Below, piece after piece: positions 1 through 12,100 of a DNA stretch of 64,000 nt (positions within the stretch are counted from its first letter, which is position 1; each line of letters begins with the position of its first letter). The translations under genes and the position numbers were made by a program. Location: assembly GCA_045837725.1 (NCBI GenBank), contig JBEWZL010000232.1, positions 1 through 64,000 on the forward strand, given 5' to 3'. The notes beneath the pieces are model-generated. The model was not told where the DNA came from, searched no databases, and saw nothing but the letters and a program-made list of their open reading frames with translations. The stretch is from Vermamoeba vermiformis (lineage: Eukaryota).

Positions 1-303
1 CAACCCTAACCCCAACCCTAACCCCAACCCTAACCCTAACTCTAACCCAAACCCTAACCCTAACCCTAACCCTAACCCTAACCCTAACCCTAACCCTAAC
101 CCTAACCCTAACCCTAACCCTAACCCTAACCCTAACCCTAACCCTAACCCTAACCCTAACCCTAACCCTAACCCTAACCCTAACCCTAACCCTAACCCTA
201 ACCCTAACCCTAACCCTAACCCTAACCCTAACCCTAACCCTAACCCTAACCCTAACCCTAACCCTAACCCTAACCCTAACCCTAACCCTAACCCTAACCC
301 TAA
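1..303. repeat. Telomeric repeat array (CCCTAA)n, i.e. TTAGGG type; chromosome end
   Basis: About 50 tandem CCCTAA units from base 1, with a few variant units in the first ~55 nt; the array ends abruptly at 303. Confidence 0.98.
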
Positions 304-1933
304 AAAAAATGGAGAGAGCGCGGGAGAGCCAACTGCACGCAACAGTTTCGTGGTGTTCTGATTTGTTTAAACAATTCAATTGACAAAAAAAACGGTCGCT
401 AAGCCCTGTAAAATGGCGTAACCCGGCGCACATCACGAAAATCACTCACGTGACCCGAAAAATCAGGGAAATTTGGGCGAACGAATTTTACTGGTCAGTT
501 TTTTTGTTCGATTTTGTTTTCGCCTGTTGTTCTTTATTCTTCTTCCCGCAACAACGCCACGACAACAACTGGCTGTTTATTATTGTTTAAATTTTGTAAA
601 TATTGGCCTGTTGCAATGGTGGCCGATCTAGAAGTGCCGATCGTTCCACCAGTTACTTGGCTCCGACGAAAATCTGGCAGGTATGTTTTACGTTAGCCCG
701 TGCCTCATCGCAAGTAGTGACGGCACGATTGTAACTACGGGTCTCAATCGTGTTGTCACTGGTTACGATGCCAAATGCGCTAATCTGTCAACTTCCAGCC
801 TGCCCACTTAATTGTAAGTTGCTTTTGATTTTTACTCCCACGAATATTATTTTTTCCGTTATGTGGCTTTAATTTTTTCTTAGTTCGTGACACCCACATT
901 TAGTTGAACAAAAGATGTTATTTTTGTTAGTTCTGTTGTAATCCACTTAAAACTTCTATACAAGCTAAAGTATAAGGTAAACAAAAGTATGTTTATTATG
1001 TGGTTAAAATAAGGAATGATAATTGTAAGTGTGTTTATCATTTATTGAATTGAGCTCCTTCAGGTTCTTTCTGGTCTTGATCTAATGAGTAATGTCTTAT
1101 TATGGACAATAAGATTATTCATTTTATTGTTATTACCTCTTGGTGCACTTCTGCTGGGGTGAACATGTTGATAGCAGTGGGGGAGAGGAAGATGGATTGC
1201 ACTTTTGATCTTTGCTAAGTCTTCTTCTTGTCTACAGTGGTTTTGGACATTATTGCCTTTAGACTTTTAGGGATATACACTCTAATAATCTTCACTTTAG
1301 ACATTTTCTCAACGAAGATGCTCACTAGTCCAGCTTTAAAGTTCGCAATTTTTTTCTTAACAGAATGGTCCTTGGGTGGCTAATCTCTAGCTGGTGGGTT
1401 TGGCTGTTTATTTCAATGCTTCTGCTATTGATTGTCATGGTTTGGAATTGAGTCTTGTCTGTGTTGAACATGACCATGCATTTCTCTTTGTTGACTTGAA
1501 AGTTGTCTGAGTAAGGGTTTTGCTTTCATAAATTTTGTAATTTCTTGGGCACCAAAATAACAATTGCTACATGGCCCTTAATAATCGTGTCACCTCTTGG
1601 TGGTTGTTAGTTTGTAATTATCCATTGACTGAGAGAAGTTTCTTGATTTCAGATCTTGCCATTTTGGATGTGGCACACCACAATGTGGATGGGAGGTTGA
1701 CTGTAACTGATCTACTGAAGTCAATTTTCTGTGCAATGAACCCTAGCAAAAATTTCAGCCCTAAGAGTATGTATAAGTTGCAAGAGTTGCATCTACAGAT
1801 GTGAGAAGGCTTGATGCAAGGAGGCAAAAGATCAACTTGCAAAGCTCACAAGTTTAATTCCCTAAAAACTGTGGTGTGAAATTCAAACATGACAAAAACA
1901 CTTCATTCGTTGTCCTTTGCCAGGGCAAAAAGC

Positions 1934-1942
1934 AAAAAAAAA
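1934..1942 (-). terminator. Pol III terminator (T9) downstream of the tRNA-like gene
   Basis: Run of 9 A on the plus strand, 4 nt past the 3' end of the tRNA. Confidence 0.65.
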
Positions 1943-1946
1943 GTAC

Positions 1947-2020
1947 TGCCGGAAGTGAGGCTCGAACTCACGACCTCTGCGTTATGAATCCAATGCTCTA
2001 ACCAACTGAGCTACGCTGGC
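1947..2020 (-). tRNA. tRNA-like gene with CAT anticodon (Met); probably a pseudo-tRNA or atypical tRNA
   Basis: Minus strand GCCAGCG TA GCTC AGTTGGTTA GAGC A TTGGA TTCATAA CGCAG AGGTC GTGAG TTCGAGC CTCAC TTCCGGC A (74 nt). D and T arms are perfect and the A/B boxes intact. There are mismatches in the acceptor stem (A4:C69, C6:U67) and anticodon stem (G30:G40, A31:C39). Confidence 0.8.
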
Positions 2021-2100
2021 TTGTGGGTCTAGCACTGAAGTTGAGTATTGTTACTGTGACTTGATAATTTAGCATGGAAAAGGAGAAAGGTAAAAAGAGT

Positions 2101-3855
2101 TTATTTACAATTTGTAATAAATGGGTGACCCCACTCTTTGGACTGCTTAGCACAAGCGTCTTTGTTTGGAGCTCCATTTAAATGAAGTAATGCAGGTGGC
2201 ATATGCTTGGCTGCCCATTCATCATGCCTAAGGCAATACAAATGACCGCTGACGTAGGAAAATGGATTCTTCAGTTGAACTGAAATACTTCTTCCTGGCT
2301 TGCAACTACTTAGATTCTTATTGAACCATATTAAGCAGGCATGTTTTGATTTGAACACCAAATTGCTCAGCTCTTGATCTTCAAGTCTAGGAAAGTAAAA
2401 TGACATCTGTTGGAATTTGTGCACCAATGTAATAACCTCTAAAGTGGAACAGTTACTATACGAATCTTTAGGTTCAGGCTTACCATGCTTGTTTTTGTAA
2501 AATGCAAATCCAGTGCACACTTCAAAATATTTTTCTGTGGGTTGATCCATTTGCGCAACCATGTCCGCTTCGTCTGCCACCAAACTTGGAAATAGATCTG
2601 AAGAATATGTGAGTACAATGAACAGGCAAAGCACACTTACTTTCAAGCCAAATCGTGTCGGCATCGTTCATTAACACGTTGTAACCAAGTTCAAGCACTT
2701 CTAGAATAATACTAAACCGTTCTCGCATAACAGTGTTGAAATAAAAGGAATGATACCCGTGTTTTCCATGCATGGTTGTATACCTAATTCGGTCAATAAC
2801 AAATAAAACTGCAAGCTTTGCAACTTACCAAAGGTTATCGTAGAAAGAATTCCTGCCCTTCTCCAATAAATACTGGTGCATCTCAGCATCGTGAGCGAAG
2901 AACACGTAATTTGAGACGTTGAACTTCTGCAAGGAGCAGTAGAGTGCATCGGCAAAGAAACGATGTGCAATTCCAACGGGTATCCAAATTACGACCTTGC
3001 TGCTGTCGGCAACAGCCAGCGCTACATACAGGAATTAGTACCGTAGAGAAAACAGAACACGCTTTACCTTTTTTCAGCGATTCCCGATGTTCCCGTAACT
3101 TCAAGCCAATCCCTGTTACTTCTTCGAGGTTAACGTTAGAGCTTCCAACGTAGGCGTGCTTGAAGTAGCCACAATAAATGCGATCGCTTGCATCACAAGA
3201 CCCTTCTTTGACACCTAAGCCCCTCGTTAGCTAATAGCGAACAATTTCTTCACTTACGAATCGAATTTTGCCATGTCAATGATTCACCGTCAATGTCCTC
3301 TTTGTAAATAACTTGCGTATTTTGTCGCGCTAACAGCGCCATCATGCTCATTTCGGACGCGGTACCTCCTGCACGAACACAGTTAATTAACAAAAATACT
3401 TATTTATTGGACGTACCTGAGCGGTAAACAATATCGCACGTCACGCCAGTCTCTTCGTTGATGTACAAGTCACGAATTGTATACCGTGCATCGCCAGAAT
3501 ATGAGAACTCTGAGTATTCGTCCCACAACGAGGATTTTTGATTGATTCCAGCACCACGAATACTAGGTATGGTTAGAGATCGGTATTTAACAGCGCTCGA
3601 TCTTACCCAAACTCGCGAACAAAAGCTCTAATCGTGTGCATCGGATTGCCGATGATCGGAACGACATGTGGGAGAACTGTGGCCATTTTATACAAAAGAA
3701 GCTCTTCTTCTTCATCATGGGCTTGATGGAATGAATATACAACGGACTAATACAGCATTAGCAACTTGCGTGTCACTCGGATTGAGAACCGACTCACGTT
3801 TGGGTTCAGCATTAGCTGGTAATACGCTATAAACGGATTAAAACCAAGCTGACAT
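2101..3855 (-). CDS. Nucleotide-diphospho-sugar transferase (GT77/PF03407-like), multi-exon; start uncertain
   Basis: Spliced product contains RERFSIILEVLELGYNVLMNDADTIWLENLFP (DxD), CTGFAFY, EDQ and LLHLN motifs typical of GT77. The GT-AG introns I traced keep the frame. Confidence 0.75.
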
Positions 3856-4359
3856 AAAATCGGTCGTCTAGTGTTTTGGACTTCAAGGGCTGATAAATAC
3901 GCAAGCTCCGAAGCGCCAGGTTGCAATTCCCTAATCCGATCGCGGGTAATTAATTCGTCAACTGACGTAAATTACTTACGTAAACCTTGCAAACACTTGA
4001 TTTAATTCCTAATTAAATTTTATTAATTGTTTCTATACAAAATAAAGGCAAATAACTTACCGTATCTTTTTTAATTTTTGAAAAGTCGATCTCAACATTT
4101 TGGGTGCCAAATAGGCCTAAAAAATGAATCATAAATAATTTATAATTGCAAATGCAAATATTATTTCTTAATTTTACCCAACAAAACAACAGATCCGTAA
4201 AATAGCGCAGTGCTAACGATCACTAAATAAAGAATTATTGCCCATTTTTTTTTCCACGAGTTGCGCGTAAATGTGGGCATTCATTGGTTTAAATAAATAC
4301 TAATGACACGACACGGTTTTTCTTCTACTTTACAACTTTTAATTCCTATTTACATTTGT

Positions 4360-7300
4360 TTACACAACTGAAACCTCCTCATCGTCGTGAGTAACTGTTG
4401 ATGTTTCAGGAACTAGTGGTGCAGTCTCATTGTTTTGCTCTGGTTCGTCAGATCGCGCACACGGTTCATTTGTTTCTTGCTTTTCTACCGTCGGGTCGTC
4501 TACTGGAACATCAGACATTTCCTGGTCATCCGGTGCTGCGTCTGTTGGAATCTCATCGACATCATCCACAATGACATTCTTTTTCTTTTTTGGCTTCAGA
4601 TCCACTTCGCTTTCGCTGCCACTGCTGTAGCCACTCTCGCTGCCACTCTTCGAGGTGCTTTCTTCAGAACTCTCAGAAGACTCGCTGCTTTCATCGCCAG
4701 GCTGCTTCACTTCATACTTGACTACCTCTTCTTCGATAACTTGTTGCACGTTCGAAATCAGCGTGCGCGATTGTACTAACGATACGTTAATCAGATGGCC
4801 ACACTGTCAACTACATGAATCACTTACGGCCTTGGAACAGCAACTTGACGCCCTCTGAAATGCTCTTGACAATCGGCACCAAGCTGAGTCGCAGCTCTCT
4901 ATTGTTTTGTACGGGAACCTCCCAATAAACCTGATTCGCCAATCCTAGCTCAGCAATGAGCTCCGCTTGTAGCTCTGCAACCTTCGTGCAAGTCTTCGTA
5001 ATCAAGTTCTGCAGTCCGGCTTGTAGCACGTTGGCCGCCTTTGCAAACATCGTCTGTTTATTCGCTGAGACGAACGAGAACATGTGGGATTTGATTCTGA
5101 CGAAGATTAGATCGATATCAAGGTATTAACTCAAACATACCTCATAAAGCAGCCAGTTCCGCATTCCTCACCGCAGTGCGCGTAACACGGAAGCATACAG
5201 GTCTGTACTTCAGGGGTGATCAATCTGTTAGCAGCACGTTGCTCATTTTGAATGTCTTCTTTTTGAAGCTGTTGGATCATCGTGTCGAGCTTCTTCTTGA
5301 AATGTACTTGTTGGTGCGTCAAATTCTTGCCTGAGTTTGCTGTTAGTCCGTGCTTCGACGACATTAAGAGTACACTGTTACTTACTGATACGATCAGGAT
5401 CGACTCCTAGCATAGCCAGCTTTTGTCCAAGGTCGTTGTTGAACATTGAAAGGGCAGCCTGAATCTTAGCAGCGTAGTCGCCGAGGATCTTCGTAACTTG
5501 CACGGCAAAAAAGTTGTCCCAATTCACCGAAATTAGTCGATAAACTGGCTCGGAAAGCTCTTCGTTGAAGTTAATCATGCCAGCAGTCGGTGAGCTGTAC
5601 ATTCCATTTCTACGACACGTGGCACGGTAGGTCATGAAGTGCAAGCCTCCAGATGATCGCTCGACTCTATTTATAGGAAGTCCCCACTTAGTGACAGTAA
5701 TTTCTGCGCTGTTTTCGGCGGCTTTAACACCCTAACATTTGAGTCAACTCATCGGTGGACAACACTAAATAGTGACTACTTACCTCAGGCAGTTTGTTCA
5801 AAATAGAGGTCTTCATAGCCTCCGTGAAAGCTTCTTCGAGATTTGCTCGCAAGTCCTTCAATGTTGATTGAATACCAACCAGCTGAGTGTTGAACTCGTT
5901 CTTGACTGCCTGACGCACGTCGTTTTGGAGCGTTCCGTCGTCTTTTAATTCGTTAATAGTTGTAAAACGTAACACGTTAATTAACATTTACCGGTCAACA
6001 GGTGCTCTACGTTAGCCAAGAAGTGCATCAGTTGCTCTGAGAAGTTTGTAATGGCATCATAGCGGCGTCTGAGAGTGACGTCATACACGTAGCGGCAGAT
6101 CGCTGGAATTTCCGTGTCTTCGATGTTATTAAAGGTCTCTGGAGGACCGTCTTTGATGTTATGTCCAATGAGTTTTTGATAGTCCATCGACGACACGGTG
6201 AATACAGGAAGATAAAAACGATCGAGGTTAAGATCCGCTTCTGAAATGCCAGCCATCATTGCCATCTCCTCCAAGCCTAATAAATTGTAAGCCTCTAATC
6301 GACATTGCCTTGATCGAACTTACCAGCATGAAAATCTTCCTTGATTCGAGTCTTAGTGTACGAATTTCTGGCCTTAGCACAGTCTCTGCGTGAAGCGTTT
6401 TCGTCTGCTAGTCTTAGATTTTCAATGAGCTCCGATCTGTTGACAACATCCGCGTGCGTCGCAATGAACGCCAAAGAACCATATTGACCGTCCATCAGCA
6501 ATTGTCGTCTGAAACTTTCACCAAGCATGTCTTTGGCAGTGCGATCATTCACTGCTCTTTTGATGTTCGCGACGATCCAAATAGAGTTTCCATCTCGCAA
6601 GTAACCCTTGACAACGGCATCACGAGCACTATTGTCGTCACGAACACCAGGCGCATCGACGAGCACAGCACCACTATGTAAAGCTTCCCACGGACCACGC
6701 AAGCTGATACGCTTGACCAAGGGCCAGTAAGCTTGTTCAATAACGTTGTTGTTCGAGTCAGCATACTTTTCGATCGCTTTCTTGAATTTTCTGGGTTGAT
6801 TTTCTTTGATGACTTGCGTGGATCCAAGTGCCCTCGTGATATGATTATTCACGTGCTTCAGAGCGGGAATTTGTTCGACCGTAACGTTGCCGTAGACGAC
6901 TTTGATCTTAGCCAAGGCAATACCAGCTTGGCTGCGCGGGTCAGGTTTTTTGATTAGCCGGCCATCTTCCGCTTTCATGTCCGATATCAGGATATCCAGC
7001 TCTTTGTTCCATTCTTCTCGAGTCAAAAACTCCACCTCACCGACGTATTTGTGTGCGTCAGTAGCCTTCAAGTATCTCATTTCAATAATAACGGCTGTAC
7101 AAGCGCGCATTCCGTTGGTCGGCAAAATTGATTCCTCGCCTAAAATGGCGTTGAGAGTTGTACTTTTACCAGCACCAGTGTCACCCATTACCTATCAAAG
7201 TGTTATTATTATGCTACGTATTGTACCACATCTAGTACTTACGACTATAATGGTCTCTGGTAAAGTACAACGAGCTTCAAGAGTCCGCAATTCATTCCTG

Positions 7301-8818
7301 AGTTGATTCATACGCGCCTCAGTTCCGATAGGTTTCTCCAATATTGCCTTAATTTTCGCCAAGGCGTTCCTTGCAACTTCAATGCTCTTCTTTTCCACTT
7401 CCAACTCTTTGTCTTCGACGTCCTTTCGTTGCGTGTGCATGAGCGCCGGATCGATAATTTTGGCCTTGTGCGGATCTACATCTGCGGGGATTGATTTGTG
7501 AGCATTCAAATTGCAATTGAAACAAAGAACCCTTTGGTCTTCGGGACACTGCGCGCACTCCATGCTCGCATTCTTGTCCTTGCAGACATCGCACACTTTT
7601 GGAGGTGGAGGTGGTGGGGGAGGTGACGGAGGCGATGGCACAACTTCTTCGACTTTAGAATCGGACTTCTCGTCTTCTGGCACGTTCGCGACAGTCTCGT
7701 TGACTTTGTCGTCGATGAGCATTGGCTCCTCAGGTTTGTCGTTTGCAACAACAGACGAGCCACTTCGCGCAAGGTCAGACTTATTCGGTGACGAGTCCAA
7801 TCGTGCTTGTGATGAGCCAGGCTGCTGTGTGCTTTGAGTAAATTGCTGCGTCTGCGTTCCTTTTTGCATCGCTTGAATTGCGTTAAAGATTTTGTGTTTG
7901 TGAGCCAACTTGCTGATGCCGAGCTGATTTAAATCGTCAAAACCGATCAAAGCGAGGTCTTCTAACGAAGTGAATCCTTCGTTGACAAAAATAGGCGTGT
8001 AGGCGATGAACTCGGGGTTGATCTGCGCCAACCAATCAGTGATTTCTTTGTACGGCTCTGCCGATTCATCTGGCTGAGTGTTAGGCAAACTAGCCACGCC
8101 GTCGTCTGTATTGGCATATAATTAGCGACACAAAATATATCGGTTTAGAATTGGAGACGTACCCTCAACAGAGAGCGGCAGCGGATCTTCTGAGATCATC
8201 TTAATTGGGAATCTAGAAGAAATATATTAGGAAAAATACATTCGCGTTGTACTATCGGTAAACTTACTTTCCGACTTGCGTCACGGGATTGAAAGTTAGC
8301 TCGACGTAGTCATTGGCGCGAAAAGGTACTTCGAGACCTTTCTTTAATATTTGAAATTCTTTCGTTGCTGATTTGAACAGCCGAACAGGATTTGAGCCAT
8401 TCTAAATTATTAAAGTAATTTTAGCTATTTTTTTTCGTGATCAGAAATGAAGTTCAAACAAATCCAGGAAAATTAAACGCAATTTATACACTAAACTTAG
8501 GTATTAATTTAAAGTAATATTTGAGTGTATTAAATACATAATTTCATGACAACTTACCACTTTGAGAACTGAATCACCTTCTGCGTTTACTTCGACAGAT
8601 GCGGCATTTCGACTCACGAAAGCGTCCAAATGAGGGGCAAGTAATTCGTTTGTTCGTCCTAAAATTATACTGCCGCTATTAGAAGGTAATGCGATCTTGA
8701 TGGGATCGCCCTTCGCGAACTCAGCCACCAAATAAAGCTTGGGATTGGCTTTTCGTCGCTTAGTAGCCCCTTGAGACGAGTCTGCTTCGGGGCTGGTCGC
8801 GTCGTGTGTTCGCTTCAT
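4360..8818 (-). CDS. Dynamin-superfamily GTPase of the NUGGC/SLIP-GC type, with N-terminal FHA-like, SAM and B-box domains
   Basis: G1 GDTGAGKSTTLN, LPTNGMRACTA, YWPLVKRI, G3 LVDAPG, IWIVANIKRAV, THAD, VFTVSS and TEIPA motifs. SAM: ITDWLAQI...LGISKLAHKHKI. B-box: CDVC..CAQC..LCFNC..H. FHA-like: IILGR..FVSRN..NGSNP. Confidence 0.8.
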
Positions 8819-9177
8819 GTCAAAAAAACAAAAACACTGGCACGCTGATCAGTTTTTTCGCTTGAGCTTCTAGAACGATGAGCACAGTATAATTTATTAT
8901 TAAATTATGAATTAATTAAACAACACGAATACTTGCCTCGTGGCATGCTATAACACCGCATAGTCCCAATTCGCTCGATCCGATCAAAAGAGGCAAAAAA
9001 AGTTCTTTTCTACTAAACGCAATAGAAAATTATATAGGTACGTGGTAACGACATATTTGAAATTTAACGCATAAAATGATATCTCAAAACAATTAATCTA
9101 AAAAAGAACTCGAATTTCTTACAAGTAACACACTTGCTCTAAATAATTATTTATTTGATATAATACACATGCATGGT

Positions 9178-12100
9178 CTAATTCTCCCCTGCTTCCTCCG
9201 TAGTTGATCCGACTTGCAGAGAATGTTGATCTGTTTGCGAAGCCGTTTGTCTAGTCGTCATGCTATTTCTGCTTCCTTTCACGAACGCCGATGCCTTCTT
9301 GAACATAATGACGAAGATAATCGCAGGAGGCATTTCGGTCAAGTACAAAAACGTTAAAATGCCGTAGAACCGTCCTTCGTCTTGATTTGTTGAGGTGACA
9401 GAGCTCCACAGCAAGAATATTGCCTGTGCCAGCAAAGCGACTGTGCAGACGCCAGAGACCGCCATCAGTCGGTGGAAGGCACTTTCTCTGGATCTCTTTT
9501 GATCCGCAGTCTTTGTTGACTTTTTAGTTGCGGCACGCATAAGCATCAATACTCTGCAATATTAAACACTTAACAACCATTCAGACTAAGACCTTGAACG
9601 TACCTGATGCCGTAAACCACGAACATAGCCGATAGCACGGCGGATACAACAGCAAAAAATGCTTTGTAAACGATCGAGACAATGTCGCCAACAGATTTCT
9701 CGGTCAATTGATTCTCAGGTGTCGCGCAGCTGTAAATCACTGGCGTGTGGTCTTGCAAGGCAAAGAACAACACGATCAACAGAATGAATGCAGTGACGAG
9801 GATTGCATTCAATGCGATAATTGCAGGACGTAATCGAGAGATACCTCGCTTAGCTCCCGCTGTCATCGTGAAGTGGTAGATCTCGGCCCTAATTTTGGAT
9901 TAGTTACCGCGGAGAGCACTATGCCATGACTACATACCATCTTATAACGATGATTGAATAAATTACATAGAATAGCAAGGCAGGGAAAGACGAAAACACA
10001 ACTTCGACCTGCGGATTCTGATCCATCGCACCACTCAAAATCAGCACCATGTAGATGAAGCGGTCTAGAAAGCAATATTAATACATGTTATAATATAGAT
10101 GAGCGAACTTACTAATTAAAAAGATGAGAGAGATAAGTAAAGCCGTCGTAGACAAGTTGAAAAATGACGCATCCGGCACACGCAGCATGACGTGCAAGAC
10201 AAAGTGATAGCCAGTGAATACAAAAATAACAAAGTACCACACCATGCCCATCACCAAGAAGAAGATCTCCCCACCGAACAAGGTCGACACGAAATCTGCG
10301 GTCTGCCAGCTCTGTTGCAGTCCTACGGGGAAATAGACTTGCGAGGCATTTGCCATGGAGAAGCACGTGACCTCACCGAGGTTGACAACGGTGTCGAGCA
10401 GTGCGAACTGCGTGAAGTCTTCGTTAGGCACTGCCCAGCGATACTGTGCAACTGGTAGTTCAGCTTGGAATTGCTATTCAATGGTCAGATTGATGCTAGG
10501 ATAATGAATTAATGACATCACGTACTGTTGGGAATGTGAGACAAACTTCTAATGTGCCTGTAAATCCTTGCGGATCTCGATCCACTTTCACTCCGTCGGA
10601 AATTACTTGACCAACTACAATACCCGCGTCATTGCGAATAAATAACACCTGGTTATATGATTAGGACTCTAAAAGTGTTTTAATATGACTTACCGAGCGT
10701 CGTTGTTGCGACTTGACAGATGACACGGCAGCAGCACTCAACGACGAGACTTGTTTGGCCGCGAACTGTGACATGGGCATGACAGATGTGCGCACGTTCA
10801 TGCAATCATCGCCTTGAATGAGCAAATCACTGCCCGCTCTAATCACTGCCACGTCACTCGTGATGTTCGTGGGAATGTACGAGCACACCAAGCCCACGCC
10901 AACCACTGACGAGGACACGCCAGAAAAGCATGCGGAGCCTTGAGCGGCACAGTCACACACGAGATTGGACACTGACTCGGAGAACTGGCCAAAACTAAAT
11001 GTGAAACGTTACACTTGTGACTTCGAAACATTTAAATCTCGCTTACCGGCACCACAAATCTGATTCGAGACTCTTTGCGTAACGTCTTGCGAGACTGGCG
11101 GACAACACGTCGTAAAAGTAATCGTAACTCGGAATAGCCACGAATAAATTGCTACGGACAAACTCACGCTGACGCCACTCAAATGGTTGAAAAGTGGCAG
11201 GGACCCATTGATATCCGGTCCATGAGAAGTACGACACTGGCACTCCGTCACAGGCCACGCATTCGGTTTGATTTTTCAGTGAAATTTCTGACGGCATTAC
11301 CGAGCGGCCCGTCGGAATAGCGTTGTAGACTGCTGCGAGCTTGGGCTCACGACAGACTATTGCTTTGGCCTCGCACTCGGCACGTGACTTGGCACGTGAG
11401 AGCCATCGTCTAAATAATTAACGTTAATAGGAAACCTTCAATGTATAAACTCTCTTCTTACCCTCCTTGCGAGGTACACTGTGCTGGATCATTAACAATG
11501 TAGCTGAAGCAGCCCAATGGAGTCCAGTCCAAGGACTGCGCGCAGCTGAAATCCACCGGGTCCCAGTCAAACACGCAGCCGTCAAAGTCATCGCAGCCAC
11601 CGTTAGACTCGCAGTCATTTTGGTTCTTAGAGACTCCATCCGTGCAGATCTTGGTGCTGTCACATAAAACTTTCAACGTCGGTGTGCCACTGCACAAGCC
11701 CAACATTTCACAGCTGCCTTGATCGTCCAACTGACCTCCGACCCATGTAGTACCAGGCCTTAAGAACGTTAATGCACGTGCCTTTACAATGTACTACATG
11801 TACTTACCACCAGCTTAGTTCAGGGTCTGCTGCAGTGCATGAAGCACGACTGGTGTACGTGAGAGAGGTGACGCACAAACTGTAATTTTGTCCGCCAACA
11901 GTCCACGTTTGCCTTAGATGCGTTAATTAATCATTCGTCTGTTTATGTAAGCTTACCATTGCAAATCAACGTTGTTTGTAGATGTCAACACGCAGTTTGA
12001 AGCCGTTCTACTCGCTGAATAACACTTGGCTCCACATGAGCTCTATCAAAAATTTGCCAATTAGATTCTGGGAATAAACGAACACGAATAGAACTTACTC

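Noticed and set aside
1-55. Variant telomere units (CCCCAA, CTCTAA, CCCAAA)
   Set aside because: Confined to the extreme contig end, where consensus errors are expected.
1-303. Possible CRISPR-like array
   Set aside because: Simple hexamer tandem with no spacers; it is a telomere. No CRISPR array or cas gene is seen in the window.
514-830. Possible plus-strand gene starting near 616
   Set aside because: Splice-like signals exist, but I could not build a coherent or recognisable product.
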